From: Eledone cirrhosa
Taxonomy: Eukaryota
Length of the DNA stretch: 64,000 bases
Assembly: GCA_964016885.1 (NCBI GenBank)
Contig: OZ024741.1
Span: 219,046,001-219,110,000, forward strand
Reading direction: 5' to 3'
This document shows positions 24,161 to 38,337 of this stretch, one piece after another. The stretch's first letter is position 1. Each line of letters begins with the position of its first letter. The notes under the pieces are model-generated. The model was not told the DNA's origin, ran no database searches, and was given only the letters and a program-made list of their open reading frames with translations. The position numbers and the translations under genes were made by a program.

Positions 24161-24879
24161 ACTAAAATTTCTCCTCCCCCCACTACCCTTGCTACCACTG
24201 CCCCCATCTCCTCCACCCTTACTATCCCTGTTAACTTTCACCTTACCAGAATAATCCATCGGGGGGGGGGGGCACCCCCCCCCCCACACACACATATCAC
24301 CCCACCCATCATCTCACCCACCACCACCTCACTCCTCACCCCCACCTCACCCCGCACCCCTTACCTCATTCACCCTCACCACCCACCCCATCACCTCAAG
24401 CCCCCACCATACCCCCCCCACCGAACACCCCCACCCACCTTAACCCTCCACTATCTGCTACTTTAAAACTGGGGCAAGGATAATCAGTTTTCGACAAGAC
24501 AGCCCCCACCATTAAATATCTGTACTTCTCCCTATCTTAAAACCTTAGCTCTTTCCCACATCTGCCCGGTTGTTAAAAATATACCTGGCTCTTTCCCACC
24601 CACCTACCCTTTCTTAAAACCTTATCTGGCTCCTTCACCTACCCCCTCCCTCCTAGTCTTTCATTCAAACCTTACCTGGATCATTCGCACACCCATTCAC
24701 CTACCCTTTCATTAAAAACCTTACCTGGCCCTTTCATTCACCCACCTATCACTCATTAAAACAAGTATTTTACCAACTGACCCCTCTTTTAAAATTCACA
24801 TCCTTAGCCAATGAAACAGTCTTCTCATGGTCACAATAATCTGCTAGAGATAGCAGTCAAACCTTCCTCGAATCACACC

Positions 24880-25258
24880 CTTCCTCTCCTTCTTCTTTGC
24901 CTACTTATACTTGAGAGGGTTGTGGGGGCAGAGTCCACAAACACTCCCTCCAGCGGGTCCTGTCAGAAGCAACCATCTCCAACTGATCCGGCTGGATCCC
25001 CAAGTGTCACCAGCCAAGCTCATGGATATTATCCAACCATCTTGCTCGGGGTCTACCCCTGTTGGTTTTGCCTGTAAAATATGTTCAGTGATTCTTTCCT
25101 GAGGCATTCTAACCACATGTCCATAGTATCGGAGTTGTGATCTCTCAATTAGGAGAAGTAGTGGGTTTACCTGGAGTGCCTCTCTGATCTCCAAGATATG
25201 CACTCTATCAAGTAACGTTGCGCCAAAGACCCTTTGGAGGAACCCCATTTCGGCCGCT
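24880..25258 (-). mobile_element. 3' fragment of a second RTE LINE family
   Basis: AEMGFLQRVFGATLLDRV..IREALQV..IERSQLRYYGHVVRMP. Confidence 0.85.
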
Positions 25259-27177
25259 TGTATTTGTGATCATACATACTGAGTTTAAATCCTGCCATGG
25301 TCAGCTTTGTTTTTTTCACCCCTCTAGGTTCAATAAAATAAAGTGTCAGTCAAATACTAGTGTCAGTATTATCAACTTTGCTCTCTCCTCAAAACAATTT
25401 GTGTTGTTGTTGTTGTTGTTAGTGGTGTTTCTGATAGTTGTGATGTTGGTGGTTATGGTGGTGATGGTTGTGTGAACTGTGTCCATAATGATGGTGATGA
25501 TTATGATGAGAGTGTTGCAAGCCTTGAGTCTAGATTATAAATAATTATAATGAAATTATTGTGTACAGTGCTCAGGTGCACTACAACTCATCAAAGGTGC
25601 ATGTATAGGTCATAGAATAATGTACAAATGTCAGGGAAGTGAATAGTGTGAGTCATGATATACACGTGTGCGTGTGTATGGAGGGGGAATATTAGGTGTA
25701 GTGTTGGCGAATCTCAGGAAGCATGGAGGTTTTAAATCCTTGTAATGCCTGTTTGATAAGGGCTGACCTGGGGCTAAACAACGACAACAACAACAACACA
25801 CATTTCAGATGTATATCTTAGATGTGCCAACCTTTAAAAACCCAAACGGGGAGTACCATGAAAAAAAGTGCCCAAAATGGGGAGAAAGGAGGCAAAATGG
25901 GGAGAAAGGAGGCAAAATGGAGAGATTTTACATAATGAAAGCTATACCCATTTTCGCAAGAGAAGACATCTCTCACCCACTCCAAAGTGGGTGGGAGATC
26001 TCCCACCCTCATCAGACTGGGAGAGTTGACAGGTCTGTTATCTTCAAACCAATGATGGAGCCTCTGTATGTTCATTACAATCTGCTAGAAACAACAGCCA
26101 AATCTCCTTTAAATCACACTTGATCCTCATTCTGACCCACTTAAAAATGGGGACAAGCTATGTTGGATAATGTAGTGTGAGATATATTGTAAACGGAAGG
26201 TAACAGCTGCCCCACCCCCTTTAATCATAGTTCTAGTTAATCTGTGTACTGGGGGTGGGTGGGGGTGCTTCACACATTTTTAGTCTATTCCTTTTTCTAT
26301 TACATACATACACACATCTACATATGTACACACACACAGACACTCAAGCACACTCACACATAGACATACACACATACATACATATGCACACTCAGACATA
26401 CAAACCTCTCATCACTCTCCTCTATTATACACTCACACATACACATACTTACACACACAAACACACACGTACTTACACACAACCCCTCTTCACTCCTCTC
26501 TGTTACACACTCACACATACACATACATATACACATACATATACACACATACACACTTAAACACACACATACTTACACACAATCTCTTCACTCCAATCTG
26601 TTACATACTAATGCATACACATACATATACACACTTACACATACACATCCACACTTAAACACACACATACTTACACACAATCTCTTCACTCCAATCTGTT
26701 ACACATTCACACATACACATACACATACACACTCACACATAATCCCTCTTCAATCTCCTGTTTCATACTCACGCATACACACTCACACTCACACTTACGT
26801 ACATACTTACACACTAGACCTTTGCCTCATCCCTGTCTCTATTACATACACCCACTACCCCCACCACATTCACACTTTTAACCCTTTCTTTACTATAATA
26901 CTAACGAGAAACACTGCCTCTAATTTTCAAATAATTAAAACTTAAGCGATATTACTCACATGAAAGACTACTGTAAGTGTATACAGGGTGTATACAGGGT
27001 ATAGAATGACATAGAATACTCTACACCAGGTTTTCCCACAGTGGGGTGTGGTGCAACTCACTTGGGGACCCACCTCGACATTCAAGGTTGAGGTGTGGGG
27101 TGAAATTAAGAAATTATTTTATATTCTGTATTTTAACTTTAGAACAATTATTTGCTGACTATCGTCATTTTTTCAGA

Positions 27178-27490
27178 AAGCAGTTTTCTTGAAAGCAGTG
27201 TTTCCATTAATTTTTCTCACAACCAGTTTTTTACCAAGCAGTTTTCTCGCAACCAGTTTTTTACCAAGTAGTTTTCTCGCAACCAGTTTTTTAATAAACA
27301 GTTTTCTCGCAATCAATTTTTTAATAAGCAGTTTTCTTGCAACCAGTTTTTTACAAAGCAGTTTTCTCGCAACCAGTTTTTTACTAAGCAGTTCTCACAC
27401 AAAGCTGTTTTCTTCTTAGCAGTTTTCTAGTGAGCAGTTTACTCATAAAGCAGTTTTCGTAAAAATAGTTTTCGCATAAGCAGTTTTCTT
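27178..27490 (+). repeat. 30-bp (2x15) minisatellite GCAGTTTTCTCGCAACCAGTTTTTTACCAA
   Basis: About 6 good and several degenerate units. Confidence 0.9.
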
Positions 27491-28473
27491 GTAGCTTTCT
27501 AGTGTTTATCTATCTGTCTATCTAGCTGTCTGTCTGTCTGTAAGAATTTATGTTTATCATCAAACACACATAGGCACACGTACATACACACAAAGACACA
27601 CATACACACACACATACACACATACATACACACAAAGACACACACACACACATACACACACACACATACACACATACATACACACAAAGAGACACACATA
27701 TACACACACAGACATACATACACAGACATACACAGATGCACAAACAGACAAACTGACAGACACACACACACACACACACACGCACCAAAGCCTTTTCAAC
27801 TTTAACTCCTTTACACATCTAAAATTACTTCTGCTACTGCCACTACTATCCCCACCCACCCATTTCAACCCTACACTCTACCCCCACAATCCCCCCCCAT
27901 CACAACCCTAACTCTGCCCCACCCCGTCATAACCATACCCCACCCCATCACAACCCCACCTACCACAAATCTACCCCTCATCACAACGCCCCTGCATCAC
28001 AACCCCACCTTCACTGCATTACAAACCCCACCCCACTACTACCCTCCATTACCATTACCACTGCCCCCCCAAAACAACCTACAACAACACTGCCCCACCC
28101 CAACACTACTCACCTCCCACCACCACCACTGTCATTGACACCCCTAATAATAATTCCTTACATTATAAATATTTAAGGGATTGGTTAGAAGTAGGTGACC
28201 CTCTTCTGTTACCTTGGTGACCTGCTTCTGTTTGTTACCTATGTAACCCTCTCCTGTTACCTAGGTATTCTAATCAAACAGTGGAAGTGCTGGGTGTGAA
28301 CAAACTGCCCCCTCCCAACAACGATATATTTTTCTGGGGATGGAGATGGTGGAATGTGGTATCAGACATTCACAAGGTACTCTCAGGTCTTCAATAATTA
28401 GTCCCCCACCCTGCTTAGTAATTTTTCAAATTCCAACCCCTTTACCCTCTACCCCCTACCCCCCGCTTATTAA

Positions 28474-28695
28474 CCCTTTAGCATTTACATTACTCTATAT
28501 TTACTATTATATTTTTGATAGTAAAGGCTTTACCTTCCATAATTATCTCACATAATATAGAATCTATGAGATTTTGATATTATTTATTTTGAGAACAATA
28601 CCTTAACATAAGTATGAACAGCCAGTTACAGCCGGTTTGAGCAGAAAGAGGTGAAAGAATTCTGGCCGGATACGGCCGGTTTGAATGCTAGAGGG
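28474..28695 (+). mobile_element. piggyBac-type MITE
   Basis: TTAA|CCCTTTAGCATT ... AATGCTAGAGGG|TTAA. Confidence 0.8.
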
Positions 28696-28791
28696 TTAAA
28701 TGTTGCTAAATCTATCTCCAGCATAATTTTACTGAAAGTGATTCATATTGATACAACAACTGGAGAATCTGATAATTTTATTTTACATGAA

Positions 28792-29011
28792 CCCTTTAGC
28801 ATTTAAACCGGCCGTATCCGGCTAGAATTCTCTCACCTCTTTCTGATCAAACCGGCTGTAACTGACCACTCATACTGATGTTAAAGCATTGTTCTCAAAA
28901 TAAAAAATATCGTAATCTCATAGATTCAATATCATGTGAGATATTATGACAAATAAAGCCTTACCAGCGAAGATACAATAGTATATATAGAGTAATATAA
29001 ATGCTAAAGGG
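28792..29011 (-). mobile_element. piggyBac-type MITE, second copy, inverted
   Basis: TGAA|CCCTTTAGCATTT ... AAATGCTAAAGGG|TTAA; diverged reverse complement of 28474-28695. Confidence 0.8.
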
Positions 29012-29257
29012 TTAAAAAACATTATATATGACAAAAAAGAACATTACATGAAATCCCATATTTACGAACGTACAATATACAACTACCGATTCCCCTCTCT
29101 CCCTGCTTATGAGAATTTAAGCAAATGACTCCCCTCCAACTTATTCCCACCCCCGGCAATATTTAGGACCCCAGAATGGATAGGGTGGAGAAGGGATATA
29201 CCAGTTAAACCCTACCCTGATAGACTCTGGTTGTAGAAAAGGTTGCAGCCTGGATAG

Positions 29258-32200
29258 AATAAATTAGGGGTCTGTTACATCCGCTGGCAATAAAGGGCTT
29301 ATTTATCTCACCAAATAAATTAGGGGTCTGCTACCTCAGCTGGCAATAAAGGGCTCATTTATCTCACCAAATAAATTAGGCGACTGTTACCTCTGCTGGC
29401 AATAAAGAGCTCATTTGTCTCACCAAAGAAATTAGAGAGCTGTTACCTCAGCTGGCAATAAAAGGCTCATATATCTCACCAAATAAATTAGGGGACTGTT
29501 ACCTCTGCTGGCAATAAAGAGCTCATTTATCTCACCAAATAAATTAAGGAGCTGTTACATCTGCTGGCAATAAAGAGTTCATTTATCTCACCAAATAAAT
29601 AAGGGGTCTGTTACCTCAGCTGGCAATAAAGGGCTCATTTATCTCACCAAATAAATTAGGGGACTGTTACATCTGCTTTCAATAAAGGCCTCATTTATCT
29701 CACCAAATAAATTAGGGAGCTATTACATCTGCTGGCAATAAAGGGCTAATTTATCTCACCAAATAAATTAGGGGACTGTTACCTCTGCTGGCAATAAAAG
29801 GCTCATTTATCTCACCAAATAAATTAGGGGACTATTGCCTATGCTGGCAATAAAGGGCTCATTTGTCTCACCAAATAAATTAGGGAGCTGTTACCACTGT
29901 GGCAATAAAGACTTCATTTATCTCATCAAATAAATTAAGAGACTGTTACCTCTGCTGGAAATAAAGGGTTCATTTGTCTCACCAAATAAATTAGGGAGCT
30001 GTTACCTCTGTGGATATTGGGATCATTTACTCACCAAATAAATTAGAGGACTGTTACCTCTGCTAGCAATAAAGGGCTCATACATATCACCAAATAAATT
30101 ATGGAGCTGTTACATCTGCTTTCAATAAAGGGCTCATTTATCTCACCAAATAAATTAGGGAGCTGTTGCATCTGCTGGCAATAAAGGGCTCATTTATCTC
30201 ACCAAATAAATTAGGGAACTGTTACCTCTGGTGGCAATAAAGAGCTCATTTATCTCACCAAATAAATTAGGGTACTGTTACCTCTGTGGCAATAAAGGGT
30301 TCATTTATCTCACCAAATAAATTAGGGGACTGTTACCTCTGCTAGCAATAAAGGGCTCATTTATCTCACTAAATAAATTAGAGGACTGTTACATGTGCTT
30401 TCAATAAAGGCCTCATTTATCTCACCAAATAAACTAGGGAACTGTTACATCTGCTGGCAATAAAGGGCTCATTTATCTCACTAAATAAATTAGGGGGGTG
30501 TTAGCTCTGCTTTCAATAAAGGGCTCATTTATCTCACCAAATAAATTAGGAGACTGTTACATCTGCTGGCAGTAAAGGGCTCATTTATCTCACCAAATAA
30601 ATTAGGGGGGTGTTAGCTCTGCTTTCAATAAAGGGCTCATTTATCTCACCAAATAAATTAGGAGACTGTTACATCTGCTGGCAATAAAGGGTTTATTTAT
30701 CTCACAAAATAAATTAGGGGACTGTTACTTCTGCTAGCAATAAAGGGCTCATTTATCTCACTAAATAAATTAGGGGACTGTTACCTCTGCTGGAAATAAA
30801 GGGCTCATTTGTCTCACCAAATAAATTAGGGAGCTGTTACATCTGCTGACAATAAAGGGCTCATTTATCTCACCAAATAAATTAGGGAGCTGTTACATCT
30901 GCTGTCAATAAAGGGCTCATTTATCTCACCAAATAAATGAGAGGACTGTTACCTCTGCTGGCAATAAAGGGCTTATTTATCTCACCAAATAAATTAGGGG
31001 ACTGTTACATCTGCTTTCAATATAGGGCTCATTTATCTCACCAAATAAATTATGGAGCTGTTACATCTGCTTTCAATAAAGGGCTCATTTATCTCACCAA
31101 ATAAATTAGGGAGCTGTTACCTCTGTGGCAATAAAGGGTTCATTTATCTCACCAAAAAAATTAGGGGACTGTTACCTCTGCTAGCAATAAAGGGCTCATT
31201 TATCTCACCAAATAAATTAGGGACCTGTTACATCTGCTTTCAATAAAGGGCTCATTTATCTCACCAAATAAATTAGGGAGCTGTTACATCTGCTGGCAAT
31301 AAAGGGCTTATTTATCTTACCAAATAAATTAAGGAGCTGTTACCTCTGTGGTAATGAAGGGTTAATTTATCTCACCAAATAAATTAGGGGACTGTTACCT
31401 CTGCTAGCAATAAAGGGCTCATTTATTTCACTAAATAAATTAGTGGAGCTGTTACCTCTGCTAGCAATAAAGGGCTCATTTGTCTCACCAAATTAATTAG
31501 GGAGCTGTTACCTCAGCTGGCAATAAAAGGCTTATTTATCTTACCAAATAAATTAAGGAGCTGTTACCTCTGTGGTAATGAAGGGTTAATTTATCTCACC
31601 AAATAAATTAGGGGACTGTTACCTCTGCTAGCAATAAAGGGCTCATTTATTTCACTAAATAAATTAGTGGAGCTGTTACCTCTGCTAGCAATAAAGGGCT
31701 CATTTGTCTCACCAAATTAATTAGGGAGCTGTTACCTCAGCTGGCAATAAAAGGCTCATTTATCTCACCAAATAAATTATGGAGCTGTTACATCTGCTTT
31801 CAATAAAGAGCTCATTTATCTCACCAAATAAATTAGGGAGCTGTTACCTCTGCTAGCAATAAAGGCTTATTTATCTTACCAAATAAATTAAGGAGCTGTT
31901 ACCTCTGTGGCAATGAAGGGTTCATTTATCTCACCAAATACATTAGGGGACTGTTACCTCTGCTAGCAATAAAGGTCTCATTTATTTCACTAAATAAATT
32001 AGGGAGCTGTTACATCTGCTTTCAATAAAGGGTTCATTTGTCTCACCAAATAAATTAAGGAGCTGTTACATCTGCTGACAATAAAGGGCTCATTTATCTC
32101 ACCAAATAAATTAGGGAGCTGTTACTTCTGCTGGCAAAAAAGGGCTCATTTATCTCACCAAATAAATTAGGGACCTGTTACATCTGCTTTCAATAAAGTG

Positions 32201-33672
32201 CTCATTTATCTCATCATATAAATTAGGGAGCTGTTACCTCTGTGGCAATAAAGCATTCATTTATCTCACCAAATAAATTAGGGGACTGTTACCTCTGCTA
32301 GCAATAAAGGGCTCATTTATCTCCCCAAATAAATTAGGGCACTATTAACTCTGCTGGCAATAAAGGGCTGATTTATCTCACCAAATAAATTAGGGAGCTG
32401 TTACCTCTGTGGCAATAATGGGCTCATTTGTCTCACCAAATTAATTAGGGAGCTATTACCTCTGCTAGCAATAAAGGGCTCATTTATCTCACCAAATAAA
32501 TTATGGAGCTGTTACATCTGCTTTCAATAAAGGGCTCATTTATCTCACCAAATAAATTAGGGAGCTGTTACATCTGCTGGCAATAAAGGGCTCATTTATC
32601 TCACCAAACAAATTAGGGAGCTGTTACCTCTGCTGGCAAAAAAGGGCTAATTTATCTCACCAAATAAATTAGGGACCTGTTACATCTGCTTTCAATAAAG
32701 GGCTCATTTATCTCACCAAATAAATTAGGGAGCTGTTACATCTGCTGGCAATAAAGGGCTTATTTATCTTACCAAATAAATTAAGGAGCTGTTACCTCTG
32801 TGGTAATGAAGTGTTCATTTATCTCACCAAATAAATTAGGGGACTGTTACCTCTGCTAGCAATAAAGGGCTCATATATTTCACTAAATAAATTAGGGGAG
32901 CTGTTATTTCTGCTGGCAATAAAGGGCTCATTTGTCTCACCAAATAAATTAGGGAGCTGTAACCTCTGTGGCAATAAAGGGCTCATTTATCTCACCAAAT
33001 AAATTAGGGGACTGTTACCTCTGCTAGCAATAAAGGGCTCATTTATCCCACTAAATAAATTAGGAGACTGTTACCTCTGCTGGCAATAATGGGCTCATTT
33101 GTCTCACCAAATTAATTAGGGGGCTGTTACCTCTGCTAGCAATAAAGGGCTCATTTATCTCACCAAATAAATTATGGAGCTGTTACATCTGCTTTCAATA
33201 AAGAGCTCATTTATCTCACCAAATAAATTAGGGAGCTGTTACCTCTGCTAACAATAAAGGGCTCATTTATCTCACCAAATAAATTAAGGAGCTGTTACCT
33301 CTGTGGCAATGAAGGGTTCATTTATCTCACCAAATACATTAGGGGACTGTTACCTCTGCTAGCAATAAAGGGCTCATTTATTTCACTAAATAAATTAGGG
33401 AGCTGTTACCTCTGCTTTCAATAAAGGGTTCATTTATCTCACCAAATAAATTTGGGAGCTGTTACATCTGCTGGCAATAAAGGGCTCATTTATCTCACCA
33501 AATAAATTAGGGAGCTGTTACCTCTGCTGGCAATAAAGGGCTCATTAAATCGCCAAATAAATTAGGGGACTGTTACCTCTGCTAGCAATAAAGGGCTTAT
33601 TTATCTTACCAAATAAATTAAGGAGCTGTTACTCCTGTTGGTAATAAAGGGCTTGTTTATATCCCCAAATAA
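29258..33672 (+). repeat. 56-bp satellite, ~79 units (GGGGACTGTTACCTCTGCTGGCAATAAAGGGCTCATTTATCTCACCAAATAAATTA)
   Basis: Continuous tandem array with 55- and 56-bp variants. Confidence 0.98.
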
Positions 33673-34179
33673 AAGACATTGTATGATATTTTTTATTCTT
33701 ATAAAATGTATAATATAAATGACAAAAGGGAAATGAAAAAGAAAGAGTAGGAAAAGAAGAAAAGAGAATAAGCAATGAAAGAAATGAAAAGCAGGGAATG
33801 AGCAACAGAATGTATCAGTCTGAGCAGTAGGTTTCAGCTGTGCCCCACAGATGATGACATGGTGAAGGCATTGTTGTGAAAAGGGGCCAGATGCACCTAC
33901 TGCAACTGCAGTTAGTCTACCTCACAGGGCTCCTTCTTCTGGTAAGCTGCAGTCTTTATGATTTTGTTGAAGAAAATAGCAGTTTGGGGACCGAGAACAC
34001 CTGAGATCTAGATGGTGACCAGCATGAGACGGAAGCAGTCAGTCAAGACCCAGTATTTGGTTATCTGCTTCTGATGTTTGTTAGTGAAGTATGATGTTGC
34101 CTGGTATTAAGACATGGCTATCAAATGTAGATGTATAATGGTTGGATCGAAATACTTCATTACATGTGCAATATTAGCA

Positions 34180-35295
34180 GAAGTGCTAAGTATAGTACCC
34201 TTAACTCTTCATTGGAAAAGACAGAAGCCAGACTATTGCAGCCAACATGGTCATCTCAAAGGAAACATCAAGTGGTGTGCCCAAGGGAACTATCTTGGGA
34301 CCACTGTTGTTTCAGCTATGCCCTCCATAGTACAGAGAGCTATGCTGATAACACAAAAGTAGCGCAAGCTATCAAGAAACTGGCTGATGCTACACTCTTA
34401 CAAGGTTTGGATGCTATATACAAATGGGTTGAGGAAAATAATGTGCAGTTTAATTCCAGAAAATTTTAAGTACTCTGCTTTCAACCCACAAACACAAGGC
34501 CGCTACAACACGGTTACACTGGACCAGGTGGAATTAAAATACTCCAGTCAAAATCAACATGAGACCTGGGTAATAACATGAGCAATGATGCATCATTTCA
34601 TGCACACATCACAAAAATGGTGGCAATGTGCAGACTACTTGTCGATTGTATTCGGAAGACCTGAAGGACATTTGTCCTTAGTTGACTGGACTATTTCTTT
34701 CAGTTGAGGTCGCTCCACCATGTCAAACTAACCACAGAACCTGAAGCAATCCAACAAACCTACATCAAGAAGATGGTTTCAATGAAGAAGATGAGGCACT
34801 GGGAAAGGGTGAAAGAACTAAAGCTCTACTCTCTGTAAAAAAGACTAGAGAGATATGCAGTGATATACATATGGAACATCCTGGAAAAACTAGAATCAAA
34901 CTTTGTGATTGAAAGTTGGACCAACCCTCAAACATGACACCACTGTAAAGGGCTAGAGGTCCCATCTTTCACATCTGGAGTAAGGACCAGAAACTACAAT
35001 AGCCTAGGGATTAAATGCCCCCAGCACTTTGATAAGCTGTCAAAAACCCTGAGAGATCTACATGGTGTGAATGTAGATGTTTTCAAGAAAGATCTCAACA
35101 TTCTTCTAACAAAGATCCTAGATGAACCCATAGCAAAAGATGGACAAATGAGGGCAGCAGCACCAAACTCCCTCATACATCAATGGCAAACAAAGGAAAG
35201 TTGGCTATAGAAAGGGGTGATAACAATTGCGGTTCCCCAGCATGGACTCAGCCAGTTGGCTGGCACAGGTAAAAGGGTAAAAAAAGTAAGAGAGT
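34180..35295 (+). mobile_element. Decayed 3' part of a CR1/L2-group LINE, same family as 48741-51240
   Basis: SGVPKGTILGP, SYADNTKVAQAIK, WVEENNVQFN; 3' end CCCCAGCATGG..CAGGTAAAAG. Confidence 0.88.
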
Positions 35296-35305
35296 ATATA
35301 TATAT

Positions 35306-35633
35306 ATCATCATCATCATTTTACGTCCGCTTTTCCCTGCTTGCAAGGGTGGGATGGGAACTGATTCTGGCTTGATTTCTGCAGCTGGATGCCCTTCCTA
35401 ACACTAACCTCATTTACAGTGAGTGCTGGGTGCTTTTTGCATGGCACCTCCACGACCACTTTGCAGTGGAATGATATGGACCCCAGTCCCAATCATCTCA
35501 TTTCTATGGCTGAGTAAACTGGAGCAATGTGAAATAAAGTGTCTTGCTCAAGGAAACAACACATCACCCGGTCTGAGAATTGAACTCACAACCTTTCGAT
35601 TGCAGTCCCAATGCTCGAACCATAAGCCATGCG
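35306..35633 (-). mobile_element. tRNA/CORE SINE
   Basis: Reverse complement of the 9166 family. Confidence 0.9.
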
Positions 35634-35736
35634 TATATATATAAAAGTATATGTATATATATACATGTATATATATGTATATATATATATATATATGTGT
35701 ATATATATATATATGTGTGTATATATATATATATAT

Positions 35737-38320
35737 ATCATCATCATCATCAACATCATCGTTTAACGTCCATCTTCCACGCTTGCATGGGTTTGGACGG
35801 GAGTTTTCCCACCTGAGGCAAGATTGGTTGTCCTGCTCGTATAGGACTGTCTGGCGGGTTTTCTACGGCTGGATGCCCTTCCTAACACCAACCATGTTTA
35901 GAGTGTGGAAATGGGAGGTTTTTACCGTGTTACCTACACGGCCACATTACAGCGTGGACTGTGTGTTTTTTTTTGTCGTGACACCTACACGACCTCATTT
36001 GTTTCGGACTGGATGTTGTGGTACCAACATAACTTCACATTTAAGGGGGTTGTGTGGATGGGGTGGGGGTAGTGGGACGGGGGTGTATTTCGTTAGAGGT
36101 GTCTAATGACTGTAGGCTTTGCTTTGTACTTAGGAAAGGCGGGTCTTCTGTATAACTGTGTAGCACCAAAGCTCTTGGTCCAGTGACATTGTCTTGGAGA
36201 GGTGCAAGTGTGTGAGGTCGGAATTTATCAAGTCGTCCCAGGTTTCTCGGGGTCTGCCTACTCCATGGCTACTTCTATTTTTATTGCCCTGCACTTTTTT
36301 ATACAGCTGTCGTCTTTCTTTCATGCGCATCACGTGACCATACCAACATAGTCTTCTCTCGAGTAAACAACATCTGATCCCTCTTATTCCTAATTTCTCC
36401 CTTAGTTCGTTTATGCTTTGCCGTTCATGTATATTACTATTACACATCCAGCGGAGCATGCAAGCTTCGTTTCTCTCCAGTCTGCGTATATCCTCTGCAC
36501 ACAATGCCCAGGTTTCACTGCCATGTAACATTGCTGTTCATATGTAGGCATCATACAGCCTGCCTTTCATTTTTAGAGAGAACCATTTAGCGGCCAATAG
36601 TGGTATAATCTCTCTGAACTTTTTCCATCCCGTTCTGACTCTAGCTACTGTACTTTCAGAGCACACTCCCCCACTGCTAATTTTGTCACCCAGGTAACGG
36701 ACGCTGTCCACTTTTTCTATAGAACCATCTGTGCAATTGAATGAGCTAGTATTCTGTGGGCACTTGCTGCTACTTATTGCACCAGAGCACCGGCCACATA
36801 TAAAATCTATATTCTTAGTTAGCTTACCTATGATCCCACTACATCTTTTATGTACCCATACTTTGCATTTAGGACATAAAATGGAGTTTCTGCCTACTCC
36901 TTTCCTACACACTGAGTATGGCCATTTCCCAGATGGGACCGGTGCCCTATTTTCCTTCCTACAAACTAGAACTTTAGTCTTAGACAAGTTAACTTTAAGG
37001 CCTTTTGATTTTAGGCCATGCTTCCATGTTTGGAATAGCTTCTCTAGTTCAGCCATTGATTCAGCTATGAACGTTAGATCATCTGCATATAGGAGTTCCC
37101 ATGGGCAGCCGGTCTTGAATTCCTCTGTTATAGCCTGTAGGGCAATAATAAATAGTAGGGGGCTAAGGACGGAGCCCTGATGAACACCAACTTTTACGCT
37201 AAACTCTTCTCTATATTCGTTGTTAATTCTAACCTTGCTGACTGTTTCTTTATACATGGCTTGTATAGCTCTCACAAGCCATTCATCAACACCTAGTTTT
37301 CTAAGAGCCCACCAGATAATGGAGCGGGGTACTCTGTCAAAGGCTTTCTCCAAGTCAACAAAAGCTAAGTATAGGGGTTTACTTTTAGCTAGGTACTTCT
37401 CCTGTAGTTGTCGTACAATGAAAAGAGCGTCTGTTGTACTTTTACCTGACACAAACCCGAACTGCATTTCATCTAGATCAATTCTCTCTCTGATTAGTTG
37501 CGCTATTACTTTTTCTGTGACCTTCATGACCTGGTCAATTTATTTAATGCCTCTATAGTTTCCCCTATCTAGGGCATCACATTTACCCTTGTAGCAGTTA
37601 ATGATGATGCTCCTGCACCAGTCCTTCGGAACGACCCCATTCTGTATGACTTGGTTTCCTATCCGGGTGACCATAGTGTGTCCCACCGTTCCAGATGCTT
37701 TCAGCATTTCGGCAACTATTTCCAAAGGCCCGGCCGCCTTGCCCGTCTTCATGTCTTTGATCGCCTTACTTATCTTCAACTTGCACTGATGGTCCCTCTA
37801 TTGGGTCGATGTGGGGGAGACTGTCTTTCTCCCTATTATTATCCTCATTTAGTAGCCTTTCGTAGTGACACTTCCAAGCTACCTTCTTATCAGCATCAGT
37901 GATGGCAAGTACACCATCATCATTAAGGACACACTTCTCCCCGACAATATCACTGTTTTCCTTGACACATTGCCTAGCAATCCTGAACACCTCACGTTTT
38001 TGGTCCTCGCCTTGTAGAACATGCTTGAACTTTCTTTCCTCTGCTTCCCTTCTTGCGAAGTACACTTGTCTCCTAGCTTCCCTCCTGGCCACTTGATAGT
38101 CTTCTCTACTTCCCCCATCCGCCATGCTTTCCAATCCTGCTTTTTGGCCTTGATTGACCTCTCCACCTTACTGTTCCACCACCAAGTTACTCTCCTCCTG
38201 CCTATAGGTCTGCTTCAGCCACAGGTTTCATCTGTCGCCTTCAGCAGGTTAGCTTTCAGGAATTCCCACTGATCCTCTATATTGTACAACTCTAATGGCT
38301 CTTCTTTACTATCAAAAGCA
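35737..38320 (-). mobile_element. RTE-clade LINE copy 1 (5'-truncated; RT with Cys/His finger; (GAT)n tail)
   Basis: NYRGIK, QFGFVSGKSTTDA, FVDLEKAFDRV, GVHQGSVLSPLLF, LLYADDL, MLHGSETW, WYGHVMRM, GRPRETW. Confidence 0.95.
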
Positions 38321-38337
38321 TATATATATATATATAT

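Noticed and set aside
29258-33672. CRISPR-like regular array
   Set aside because: Units are contiguous with no unique spacers and there are no cas genes; it is a eukaryotic satellite.
33780-34110. Complex GC-balanced sequence that might be an exon
   Set aside because: No sustained open frame or recognisable motif found by eye.
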